This document shows positions 26,671-35,828 of a stretch of DNA of 64,000 nt, piece by piece; positions within the stretch are counted from its first letter, which is position 1; every line of letters starts with the position of its first letter. Where the stretch lies: IMG/VR virus record IMGVR_UViG_3300045988_112440. One strand, 5' to 3'. Source of the stretch: a virus. The position numbers and the translations under genes were made by a program. The notes beneath the pieces were generated by a model. It worked only from the letters and a program-made list of their open reading frames with translations, had not been told where the DNA came from and made no database searches.

Positions 26671-29431
26671 CCTCCTTGCTATTCATGTCAACCAACACAT
26701 CCTTGAAACGCTTGCCGTCATATTCAATATCGCCATTCTCATCCTGCACAAGAGAATGCACCATACCATTATGGCGTTCCAATAAACGTTTAATCAAAGT
26801 ATCATGGAACAACTCCCAGACGATTGCAATACTGGACGCATTCTTTTTACAAAGATCAAGCAGAATGTCGCAAAGCACATCGTCATTAGAACACTTATCG
26901 TGAAGATTGCGGAACATACTTTCCTGATACAGCGCAATTCGCTCCTTGCGGTCTGCGCCGGTTTCCTTATTATTATTTCCGTTACCAGAATGGATTGCGT
27001 TGCCACGAGCAAATCTCAAATAGTCCTTAAAGATAGAGCGGATGCCATAGTATTGAGAATTAGTGTATTCAACGCCATACTTGAGCGAATCATAATCAAA
27101 CTTGCGCTTTATCTTGAGTTCTTCCTCAAAATCCTCCAATTCATCCTCAACGGTCCAGCATAGGCGGTTCATAGTACAAGAGTTGATTCCGACCGGCATC
27201 CGATAAATGTAATACTGGATAACCATTTCATCCACGTCGTCCTTGACGGTCTTTTGCATAATCTCATCCAGACCGGCAAACCCATCCCACTTGATGCGCT
27301 TGCGAGCTGCGGCCACATACTGCTTATAATCACGCATCTGAGCAGGGTAGATGTAGCTCATAAAGTACGGCTTACGCCATGCGCAAATACTACTCCAAAA
27401 CTTCTTATCCTCGATAGTATCAGGATTATCATCGTCTTTAGCAGCACAAGCTTTGTTGTCATACCAATACTGCGGCATAGGTACGCAAGAAATTCCCTTT
27501 ATGCGATCAATTGTATCTTGTTGATATTTCTGGCCAGAAATAATACGATATGTAAGCTCTTTATATTCTCTACTTTCTGGCTCAAATTTACTCTGTACAT
27601 CAAACATTGTGGTGATACGATTGGTTACCTTGCCGATATCGTCACCAAATCCATTGATGTTAGATTCAATGAAATCCTGCTCGGTTGGAACTTTCTTTTC
27701 ACCTTTTTTCTGAGCGCAAAGAATTACAGTCTCGTTTCTCCATTTATCAAGGAGAATTCTATTGTCTGTACTGAAAATAAGATCGCCATCCCAATCCATT
27801 CCATCTAGTGCAGCACACGTATTATCAAACGCACTTACGATAGCCACCGTTTTAATGTAGCGATACCAATTCTTGCATTCATCACTCGAATTTAAATCTA
27901 AACACCGAATGTTTGCCATTTGACTCATCGGTGCTCTAAAGCAGGCTACCCGCTTAACATCGCGGTCGTTCCAGAATCGGCTGTAAACCTCTCCAGCTTT
28001 TAACAGTCCAGTAACTTCCATTCCAAAGATAGATTGACAAAGCGCATAAGGGTCTCCACTTGCCACTTGGAAATTCCCTCGTACTTTCACAACACCCGTT
28101 TTTGCTTGCGAAATTCGCTTTTTAATAAAGTACCGAATCCGATTCTGCACATAAGGGTCGTTAATCATTTCCGGCTCAATCATAAGAGCCTTAATATAGT
28201 CGTTTTCCAGACTGTTTATGTAATTCGGGTCATCACGCATTCCACTACCACGCAAATACAGCAACGCATCACGCCAGTCACCGCCCATGACGCCCTTGAT
28301 CTCATCCAAAGTTGGCTTCACGAGCTCATGTATCTCTTCGTTCGTAAGCTGATAGCTTTGAATAAACTGATAATTCAAGTTACGCTCTTCATCAAGCTCC
28401 AACTCACAAGTCTTTGTTACAGAGAAATGGTAGTGATTTTCCTGGCAATTCTCAAAGTAGTCCTCGCAACTATGATAACTATCCCACAACTTGAGCATCG
28501 ACCCTGTGAGAATCACCTGTACGCGATTAACATCCTTGTAGTTCCCCCAAATATCGCGTACCATGTTCTGTTTCGCTACCTTCTTAGCAAACTCGCGAAA
28601 AGGGAAAGGGAATAACATGCCTTTACAAAATGCGTTGCGTACACAAAAGCCAGATGCGGTGGATGGTAGCTTCAAATCCTCACTCCATTGCTGTGCGAGA
28701 TCGTAACTGATGAGTCCAAAACCGTCGCTTGCACAAAGCTCACAGTCCTGCTCAGGATTCTCCACCATTGTAGGTTCACCAGACACTCCGTCATCCAGAA
28801 CGATTACATGGTCTTTAAAATGCGTGAAACAATCATCTACAACAAGCACACCGTCAGGGTCAGTAACAGGAATAGATGCGGAGCAGGCGAGAGCCCTGTA
28901 GGCTTCTAGCTTTGCCGGAATGAACTCCATTCCTTTGTTACGGCCATTATCGATTCGCTTGCGGATCTCATCAATAAGACAGTCACTTACAAACACAATC
29001 GTGCTGTTCTTAACACCACCGGTAGTCCCAACCAAGCGGCGATATGTGATTCCATTGATTTTAAACCCCTTTGGAGAGCAAGCCCGGCGGTAATCATTCT
29101 TCTTATCTACTACCAGGCACATATAATCCGGCTTGAATTGAACTGCGTCCAGCTCAGTATACAGCCTCCGAATCTCCCGTCGGTTCTCTAAACAAGATGG
29201 CTCATTCCGCAACATTTTAATTCTACGCTTGATGCTCCGTGCCTTAGCCTCTGCGTCCGTAACACCATTCAACTCATCAATCCATCGTAGAACAGTGCTA
29301 TCAGCAAGCGAGATGATTTCGTGATTTCGTCTGGCTTCATCCAATGGTAGAGTTAAATCCCATTTTGTTTCAACTAGACGCTTCGTATGGATCTTAAAAA
29401 CAAACTTTTGGCAAGTTTGCTGCTTTGCCAT
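26648..29431 (-). CDS. single-subunit double-psi-beta-barrel RNA polymerase-like protein (YonO / cellular-RdRP-like)
   Basis: 927 aa; ...VACFRAPMSQMANIRCL..., then about 45-50 residues on, AALDGMDWDGDLIFS (DxDGD metal-binding loop). Confidence 0.6.
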   Translation of the reverse strand: MAKQQTCQKFVFKIHTKRLVETKWDLTLPLDEARRNHEIISLADSTVLRWIDELNGVTDAEAKARSIKRRIKMLRNEPSCLENRREIRRLYTELDAVQFKPDYMCLVVDKKNDYRRACSPKGFKINGITYRRLVGTTGGVKNSTIVFVSDCLIDEIRKRIDNGRNKGMEFIPAKLEAYRALACSASIPVTDPDGVLVVDDCFTHFKDHVIVLDDGVSGEPTMVENPEQDCELCASDGFGLISYDLAQQWSEDLKLPSTASGFCVRNAFCKGMLFPFPFREFAKKVAKQNMVRDIWGNYKDVNRVQVILTGSMLKLWDSYHSCEDYFENCQENHYHFSVTKTCELELDEERNLNYQFIQSYQLTNEEIHELVKPTLDEIKGVMGGDWRDALLYLRGSGMRDDPNYINSLENDYIKALMIEPEMINDPYVQNRIRYFIKKRISQAKTGVVKVRGNFQVASGDPYALCQSIFGMEVTGLLKAGEVYSRFWNDRDVKRVACFRAPMSQMANIRCLDLNSSDECKNWYRYIKTVAIVSAFDNTCAALDGMDWDGDLIFSTDNRILLDKWRNETVILCAQKKGEKKVPTEQDFIESNINGFGDDIGKVTNRITTMFDVQSKFEPESREYKELTYRIISGQKYQQDTIDRIKGISCVPMPQYWYDNKACAAKDDDNPDTIEDKKFWSSICAWRKPYFMSYIYPAQMRDYKQYVAAARKRIKWDGFAGLDEIMQKTVKDDVDEMVIQYYIYRMPVGINSCTMNRLCWTVEDELEDFEEELKIKRKFDYDSLKYGVEYTNSQYYGIRSIFKDYLRFARGNAIHSGNGNNNKETGADRKERIALYQESMFRNLHDKCSNDDVLCDILLDLCKKNASSIAIVWELFHDTLIKRLLERHNGMVHSLVQDENGDIEYDGKRFKDVLVDMNSKEDADDCIE

Positions 29432-29462
29432 TCGGCAGTCACCTCCATGTTCTTTTTGAACG

Positions 29463-29482
29463 TATCCTGTATTTTATAGCTA
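29463..29482 (+). promoter_or_regulatory. 20-nt conserved element copy 1 (TATCCTGTATTTTATAGCTA)
   Basis: One of 7 copies; sits about 15 nt upstream (gene sense) of the RBS of the RNAP-like gene. Confidence 0.6.
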
Positions 29483-29507
29483 CAAAGAAAAATATAAAAT
29501 TAGGCTT

Positions 29508-29684
29508 TTACAGATAGCAACTCTCGCCATCTTCCATAGCCTTTAGCCAAAGTCGTTCACGCTCCTGATAGAGCTCATCCAGCATATCATCAGCAGCTTC
29601 GTACTCGTTGCGTGTCAGGCTATTGCTATTCATGTCACGCACAAGCTGCATGATTTCCGCATCAACATCCTCGTAAGTACGCAT
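29508..29684 (-). CDS. hypothetical small acidic protein (58 aa, below track cutoff)
   Basis: ATG 29682-29684, 1 codon after the upstream TGA; MRTYEDVDAEIMQLVRDM... Confidence 0.45.
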   Translation of the reverse strand: MRTYEDVDAEIMQLVRDMNSNSLTRNEYEAADDMLDELYQERERLWLKAMEDGESCYL

Positions 29685-29687
29685 TAC

Positions 29688-30083
29688 TCACCCCTCAACT
29701 TCCATTGTAACCATACTGATTTTACGATATGGGCACAAGACTTGCATACACCGGTCAATATCATCAAATACGACATTTTTTCTTCGACCACGTTCTGTCT
29801 TTTCGTGTTCGAAATATTGACAAATATCGTATAGACGAATTTCAATCGCTTCTACCACACCATTGAACTTGTGGTGGTTTATGATTATGGAATAAACATA
29901 ATCAGAACAAGTAATCCTGTCTATTTCTAACGAATCAAAATCTTTACAGATATCTTTGATAATATATTCCAAAGCTATCACACCGGCTCTATCTGGTGCT
30001 ACAATATCGCAGTCGTGTTCAATTGCGTGTTTACAAGCATCATATGAACGTCCATACCCACGAGGTAAAAGAACTTTCTCCAT
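29688..30083 (-). CDS. hypothetical protein
   Basis: 131-aa ORF coupled to its neighbours. Confidence 0.6.
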   Translation of the reverse strand: MEKVLLPRGYGRSYDACKHAIEHDCDIVAPDRAGVIALEYIIKDICKDFDSLEIDRITCSDYVYSIIINHHKFNGVVEAIEIRLYDICQYFEHEKTERGRRKNVVFDDIDRCMQVLCPYRKISMVTMEVEG

Positions 30084-30412
30084 TACTTGGCCTCCTCATC
30101 CATAATAGCTCCGCAGTAAGGGCAAAACATTACTTTTCTATCATTTCTCCAATAGTTCTCATCAACTTCAATGCATTCACATCCACATTCAGAACAAGCA
30201 CTATTACCATAATCGTCAATCCAATGAGCGTGAACTACAGGACGAAACTCACGATGCTGAACCTCATCTTGAATCATATTTTTGACTACGCCGAGCGTAA
30301 CAAAATTCGTAAGAAATCTCTCTGATTTACCATTCGCACGAGGCGGAACTGCTTTCAACGCAGCGTCAATACTGTCTAAAATTTTTGTTGCATTTACAAA
30401 CTTATCCATCAC
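30083..30412 (-). CDS. zinc-ribbon protein, paralogue of 30687-31004
   Basis: Shares EFRxVVHAHWI...C..C...FCPxCGAxMDEExK with its paralogue. Confidence 0.65.
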   Translation of the reverse strand: MMDKFVNATKILDSIDAALKAVPPRANGKSERFLTNFVTLGVVKNMIQDEVQHREFRPVVHAHWIDDYGNSACSECGCECIEVDENYWRNDRKVMFCPYCGAIMDEEAK

Positions 30413-30690
30413 TTAACCTCCTCAACAACCCGGCGGATTGTCTCATCAATCTGTTCAAGCTGCGTCAGCAAAACATCCACGGTATCAGCATCACTTTCGG
30501 AAATATTTAAATCCTTAATCTTATGTAAAGCCCATTCAAGGTTCGGGTAATAGCCGACCGTAACCTCCTTTACGCCGGTGCCCATCTCACCAGTCTTTGG
30601 ATTCTTGCCAGCAGGTCGCTGCTCAACGATTACGAGATTCCTCTCATCACAGTTCTTTATAATGTACTTTCCAATCTGAATACGCATCAC
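30409..30690 (-). CDS. hypothetical protein
   Basis: 93-aa ORF, 4-nt overlaps on both sides. Confidence 0.6.
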   Translation of the reverse strand: MMRIQIGKYIIKNCDERNLVIVEQRPAGKNPKTGEMGTGVKEVTVGYYPNLEWALHKIKDLNISESDADTVDVLLTQLEQIDETIRRVVEEVK

Positions 30691-31004
30691 TTAACCTCCT
30701 CGTCCATGACAGCTCCACAGTCAGGACAAAACTTTGATTCATCAATGTTTTTGCTAGAATGACAAGCCGAGCATTCGACAAAGAAACTTTCTCCAAAATC
30801 TTCAAAATGCTCAATCCAATGAGCATGGACTACTTGACGGAACTCGCCGCCTGCGGCCATCTCTTCTTGCATGTATTGAATTGCCCCTTCTAAAGTCATC
30901 TTACACACGGTTTTCTGAAAAGCAGAAACAGAACTATTATCGATCAATGGCTTTGTATCTTCCAATGTCTGAATCAAGTGTGTCGCGTTAATAAACTTCT
31001 CCAT
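30687..31004 (-). CDS. zinc-ribbon protein, paralogue of 30083-30412
   Basis: 105 aa; same C-terminal motif set. Confidence 0.65.
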   Translation of the reverse strand: MEKFINATHLIQTLEDTKPLIDNSSVSAFQKTVCKMTLEGAIQYMQEEMAAGGEFRQVVHAHWIEHFEDFGESFFVECSACHSSKNIDESKFCPDCGAVMDEEVK

Positions 31005-31060
31005 CGAATTTCTCTCCCTTTTATGTAAATGTATCTAAGAATACCTAAAGCTCTTATTTT

Positions 31061-31333
31061 TTATTCTTTTTTGCGGCCAGCCTTAAATGCGGCCACATCA
31101 TTCATGAAATCATTGATATCTAGGTACTTGTCAGCCTTCTGCACAGTCTTTGGCTTGAACTCTCGACACTTGCATCGCACCTCATCACAAGTGGTGAAAC
31201 ACGGGATCTCATACTGGCATTTTGTGCAGACATATTTCTTGTGAAACTCCGGAAAGCGTCCAGATGTTTGGTAGAACTCATAAGTTACCTTTAAATCAAT
31301 CCAATAGGGGTTATCAAAATTCATTGTACTCAA
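31061..31333 (-). CDS. Cys-rich hypothetical protein
   Basis: 90-aa ORF; CTKC..C..C..C pattern. Confidence 0.55.
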   Translation of the reverse strand: MSTMNFDNPYWIDLKVTYEFYQTSGRFPEFHKKYVCTKCQYEIPCFTTCDEVRCKCREFKPKTVQKADKYLDINDFMNDVAAFKAGRKKE

Positions 31334-31342
31334 CCTTCTTCC

Positions 31343-32512
31343 TTATCTTTTATAAGAACCATACCATTTAAATCCAGCACGAGGGATTCCAGAATTTGCA
31401 GGAATACGAATCATTCCATCTATAAAGAGCTGAAGAACCTCATCACTCAACTGCCTGTGCACAAAACGAAATGGTGGTTGAGAAATATCATTGTAATATT
31501 CTGGATTTTCCTCCAATACCGCTCTACCTCTTCTGACTGCAGAAAGTGTTGGGATATTCTCACACATCGCATCATTCATCTCGTGAAAGCATTGCTGTTG
31601 CAATTTATATTCTGTCCGTGCAGCAGATCGCTTCAACGAGTTTGGCTCAATCGTAATATGGTACATCGGTCGTGCTAGGTCATATGTAAAAATTTCCTTG
31701 AACCTATTATCTAATTCTTCATAGAACTCATGAAGCCGTCCAGTCAGAAATACGTCTTGTTCACTCTGGCACACTCGACCAGATGACGTATAGAACTCAT
31801 GAAGTACATTCGTATACATCTTCATATAAATGGCCTTTTGGTCTTCAGAAGGAATATGGTACTCTTCTGGATTATGGTTTATAAACACAGCTGGACAGTC
31901 TTCAAAAAATAGTTCCTTGTTTTTCGCCATAGATCTAAGCGCAGACTCAATGTACCCAACCATTGTAGATTTAGTACATTGTTGAAATGTCTCAGCATCC
32001 GCTGCTAAATTCTCTCTAAACTCATCCATTTGATCACGAGCAATACTTTCTAATGGTGTACCAACTATTTCAGCCCAGAAGGTATCATCGCCATGTAAAT
32101 CTTCTGGATATTGATAAAAATTTTTGTTAGTCATTCCACATGCTCGTAATATTGCAGCTGGTGTCCAAAAGAACTCCATCCAACTACTGCCGTCACATTC
32201 TTTAAGTAAGTGGTAAGCAATCTGGTTCTGCAAACGCAAAGAGAATTTCCCTTTATTTCTTGTCGGCAGAGGAGGAAGCACCTCATTGTCTGGACGAATC
32301 TTTACAATAATAAAGCGCTTTCCTTCCTTTTTAAATTCAACAAAACGATTCAAATCTTCAAGGAAATGTTTTTTACTATTCCCACCCAACGGTTTTCCGT
32401 TTTTATTAAGGATGTTGAGATAAGTAGATAGCTCCAAGAAGTTTGAGAACTTTTGTCCATCACTTAATTTGTTTACCATATCCTGCGTAACATTATAATT
32501 ATTTTGCTCCAT
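31343..32512 (-). CDS. hypothetical protein, first gene of the leftward operon
   Basis: 389 aa, GGAGG RBS, preceded by a structured leader of about 260 nt. Confidence 0.65.
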   Translation of the reverse strand: MEQNNYNVTQDMVNKLSDGQKFSNFLELSTYLNILNKNGKPLGGNSKKHFLEDLNRFVEFKKEGKRFIIVKIRPDNEVLPPLPTRNKGKFSLRLQNQIAYHLLKECDGSSWMEFFWTPAAILRACGMTNKNFYQYPEDLHGDDTFWAEIVGTPLESIARDQMDEFRENLAADAETFQQCTKSTMVGYIESALRSMAKNKELFFEDCPAVFINHNPEEYHIPSEDQKAIYMKMYTNVLHEFYTSSGRVCQSEQDVFLTGRLHEFYEELDNRFKEIFTYDLARPMYHITIEPNSLKRSAARTEYKLQQQCFHEMNDAMCENIPTLSAVRRGRAVLEENPEYYNDISQPPFRFVHRQLSDEVLQLFIDGMIRIPANSGIPRAGFKWYGSYKR

Positions 32513-32534
32513 ATTGCCTCCAGTTCTAATTTAG

Positions 32535-32740
32535 TTGTACTGACGAGTCTGTATTATATATATGTATGAAGATACATAGTCGTCAGTACAAGTACAACTA
32601 TCACAAAATATCTAATAATGGTTTACTCGACTTGAAGCTATGACGCGTAAGCGGCATAGATTCAATTTGAGTAAACCTACGAGCGTCCGCAGACGCGAGA
32701 TCCCTCTCCACCGTCGTAACGGTCCCTGTCCGGGAGGACT
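32535..32740. other. highly structured untranslated region (several stable hairpins with tetraloops)
   Basis: 12-bp stem TTGTACTGACGA/TCGTCAGTACAA (32535-32591). Nested hairpin GGTTTACTC..CTATG..CGC-GTAA-GCG..CATAG..GAGTAAACC (32620-32677). GCGTC-CGCA-GACGC (32683-32696). ACCGT-CGTA-ACGGT (32710-32723). Confidence 0.4.
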
Positions 32741-32773
32741 ACTATAAACATCCTCTTGCTATCTTCTTTACAG

Positions 32774-32793
32774 TATCCTGTATTGTATAGCTA
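32774..32793 (+). promoter_or_regulatory. 20-nt conserved element copy 2 (TATCCTGTATTGTATAGCTA)
   Basis: In the divergent control region; inverted relative to copy 3, which lies 38 nt away. Confidence 0.6.
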
Positions 32794-32831
32794 TCTACAC
32801 TCATTATACCATGAGATTGCCAAAAGTTCAA

Positions 32832-32851
32832 TAGCTACATAATACAGGATG
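32832..32851 (-). promoter_or_regulatory. 20-nt conserved element copy 3 (reverse complement CATCCTGTATTATGTAGCTA)
   Basis: Inverted partner of copy 2. Confidence 0.6.
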
Positions 32852-33782
32852 CGAGTATTTCTAGTGCCTATTATAATAAGGTATATTTTGGAGAGTATTG
32901 TTCTCTATAAATGACATTTAGATACTTTGTGTGTTCTGTGTAAGCTGCCAGAGGCTACAATTATGCTTATTAAATGTGTCTGGAGTCTCTAAGGGTGCTG
33001 CTCAGATGCCAGATCAGTCTATTTATGGCGATAGGGGAGTATGGATGAGCATAAATAGGTACTTTATACTCCGAAGAATGGTCATTTTCGGTACATTTTG
33101 GGTACACATCGGGAAAACCTGCATGAATCCTAGCTTTTTCGGATTTTATTGAGCTAAAAAGGAACAAAATAAGTGGTAAAAAGATACAAATAAAAAGAAA
33201 AACTAGCCAAAATATAACGAAAATACGTTAAATTCTAGCTAGTTACCGAATGAGCTACCGATTGAAAAATAGCGATTTTAAGCCATTTTTATGTATTTTG
33301 AGTGGAAAAATGAGTGATTTGTGAGTATGTGCAGGAGAGGGTATAGGGGTGTATTTTAGGATGATTTTGTCAGGGAAATGTACCCGGGTAGGAACAGGTT
33401 AAATAGTTAGATTGAGTTGATAGGATAGATAGAGGTTGTTGTGATTGAAAGAGAATGGTATTTTTGTGGAAATTGTTGTGCAGAATGTATAGAGAGCAAG
33501 AGAAGATGAAATTCATAATTGGTAATTATGAACAAGAAAGATGTACTGGGATCTCAGCCTGCTGCCTGGAATGTCTCAAAAATGAAAAGTATCCCCCATG
33601 GGGAAAAGCCGCTTTTGTGCAAAAAGCGGTATTTGCTTTAATTGAATAAAGTGCCTGTTTTGGCACTTTCCAGGCCGGGAATTATTCCTACTTTTCCGGT
33701 ATGTTTATAGCATTGATTTTTGCCAGGAATTGAATTTGCAAATTAGTTGCATTTTCGTCGTGTTCGATATCAAAATGATATC

Positions 33783-33826
33783 AAATGTTGCGTGTGCAAC
33801 ATTTTGTAAAGTATTTTTACTTTACA
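33783..33826. repeat. two adjacent perfect 9-bp hairpins
   Basis: AAATGTTGC-gtgt-GCAACATTT and TGTAAAGTA-tttt-TACTTTACA, back to back in AT-rich DNA. Confidence 0.7.
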
Positions 33827-33870
33827 TCAATTATGCTATTCTCTATATCTTGTATTCAATTCACAAAAAA

Positions 33871-33963
33871 CCACAATATCTAGTATCTATCTATATTGTT
33901 CAATATCGCACTATCCACAATATCTAGTATTCAACCATTCGTTCAAACCACAATATATAGTAT
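33871..33963 (+). repeat. three direct 16-nt iterons CCACAATAT(C/A)TAGTAT
   Basis: Copies at 33871, 33915 and 33948, so spacing is 44 and 33 bp (multiples of 11). Palindrome ATATTGTTCAATAT lies between copies 1 and 2. Confidence 0.7.
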
Positions 33964-34975
33964 TGCCGGGTACTGTTGTACCTATTAGAGTTTTGCCTGC
34001 CTAGGCGCACGCACGCGCGTGAACACGTTTCCGCGTGTTTCTTAAAATTCTTTAACTATTCGATCACAGCCTTGCCAAAATATAATTTTTAACGATATAT
34101 CGCTATTTTATAAAATCCTGGAATTCTTGCGTGTTTTGTCCATGCGTTTGCAACAAAAGTATATGTTCAACCATGGTAGAACGTGGTAAAGTATAGCCAC
34201 CGGAAGGCCGGAAGGCTTGAAGGGACGCACGGTCGGAAGGTGCGGAAAAGTTCCCCGATAAATCGTTTAAAAGCAAGCGGTCGTTCCCCGAACGGAAGGA
34301 GATGCAAAAGCAAATAGTACGGAACGGCGCTCATGCAAAATACCACGCCTAACAGGCGGGAGAGAGGATAGAACGGTTTTAGACGTGCACACAAAATAGC
34401 CCTTCAATCAATCGAACGGCTAAACAAATGGCACGGCGGGCAAGGCGGTCGGAATCCGTACTTGTTCAAATGGTTCACCTTGCAAAACAGGCCGGAACCG
34501 ATTCCAGATTGACAAAATGCGCTGGAAGGATAAAAACAATATAACCGTTTTGAAAGAATCCAAAACGCAAGTTTTGGCAACGTTTCAAACGCAAGCTATC
34601 AGTTTGTTACTTTTAGGCGGTACAATGCAATCTTGTATGATTGAGAAAACAGAATATTTTTGCAAAGATATGCAATTAGACGGCGCTGGACCTCAAAAGT
34701 TTGGCGCTTTTTGTTTGGACTTCAAAAGTTTGGACTTGTCGCAGATAATAGCAAAAATAGACAGTTTTCCGTGACAATTGAATAATAGCAAGCATGGTTG
34801 AAGGGCTGTTTTTGGCAGACAGAGGGTAAACCATGCTTTACAGTATACATATTTGCCCATCGTGGGCGAACCATAGGCTACAGGCAGAACCTGGAATTTT
34901 GTCTGTAGCACTTGGCTTGCTCATAATAGCAAGAAGTCCATACACACATTATAACACATAAAGGAGAAAAATACT

Positions 34976-35785
34976 ATGTCTACTACTACCATTCTGTCCG
35001 CTATCAACTTCAACGCTACCGCAGCCGCAGAGAAGAACCGCACCACCGGTGCAGCCGTTGCCCTTTTCAAGAAGGGCGGCAAGGAAGTCAACACCTCTGA
35101 GAAGGCCCTGGGCAGAGACTGCCTGAAGGGTATCACAGCAGAGCAGTACGAGACCTATTGCAAGGCCGTCCGTGCTGTCTATCTGGATGCTGATTTGCTG
35201 GCACGCTATGCCGCAGACGCGGACTCTGTTCAGAAGATTAAGACCTTCTACTTCAACGATCTGGCAAACCTTACCACCGCTATCATGGGCGATACCTTCA
35301 AAGTCAATGATGTCTTTGCAACCTTCACTGTTGAGCAGTTCATTGAGCAGAGCGTGGGCAAGGTGCGTGCATTCACCGCTACCACAGCAGGCCACGGCTA
35401 CGACACGGAAGCAGAATCTCAGACTAAGTTTGTCAAGTGGGTCGAAGCATGGTTTAGCGCCAACGCAAGCGGTGTTGCTATGCTCTCTATGGCAGAGCGT
35501 GACCGCCGTGCAAGTGTCCGCAAGCTGTCCTCTAAGGTTGTGCGCCTTACTAAGAGTGTCGAGAATGCAGAAGAAGTACTGTCCAGTGCTAAGAAGGAGC
35601 TGGACTCTCTCAAGAACAAGAAGGACACCAACGCAAAAACTCTGGAAAAGAAGATGAAGGCTGTTCAGGGCATGGAAAAGGATCTGGCAGACGTTAAGAA
35701 GAGCCTGGAATCTGCTCAGACTAAACTGGCAGACCTTCAGAGCAAGGACTTCACCAACGACTTCAGCGCAGAAGAAACCCTGTAA
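34976..35785 (+). CDS. hypothetical protein, first rightward gene; C-terminal Lys/Glu coiled coil
   Basis: 269 aa, AAGGAGA RBS; GC-richer, strongly biased codons like the capsid gene, suggesting high expression. Confidence 0.7.
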   Translation: MSTTTILSAINFNATAAAEKNRTTGAAVALFKKGGKEVNTSEKALGRDCLKGITAEQYETYCKAVRAVYLDADLLARYAADADSVQKIKTFYFNDLANLTTAIMGDTFKVNDVFATFTVEQFIEQSVGKVRAFTATTAGHGYDTEAESQTKFVKWVEAWFSANASGVAMLSMAERDRRASVRKLSSKVVRLTKSVENAEEVLSSAKKELDSLKNKKDTNAKTLEKKMKAVQGMEKDLADVKKSLESAQTKLADLQSKDFTNDFSAEETL

Positions 35786-35828
35786 TTAAACCACGCAACC
35801 ATCGTGAACACGCAAGAGCTCTACATAA

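Noticed and set aside
33455-33649. 64-aa + strand ORF (internal MKFIIGNYEQERCTGISACCLEC...) followed by two hairpins
   Set aside because: The RBS is weak, the ORF sits in the C-depleted non-coding tract, and no motif is recognisable. It could be a real micro-protein but cannot be supported.
34160-34510. Basic, Arg/Lys/Gly-rich reading frame on the + strand that is open if two or three TAG codons are read through (...HRKAGRLEGTHGRKVRK...GRNPYLFKWF...)
   Set aside because: It is tempting given the TAG recoding. However, there is no RBS, no recognisable domain and a GTG-only start. The region is GC-rich, so few TAA or TGA codons are expected by chance. It remains a possibility only under the non-coding finding.
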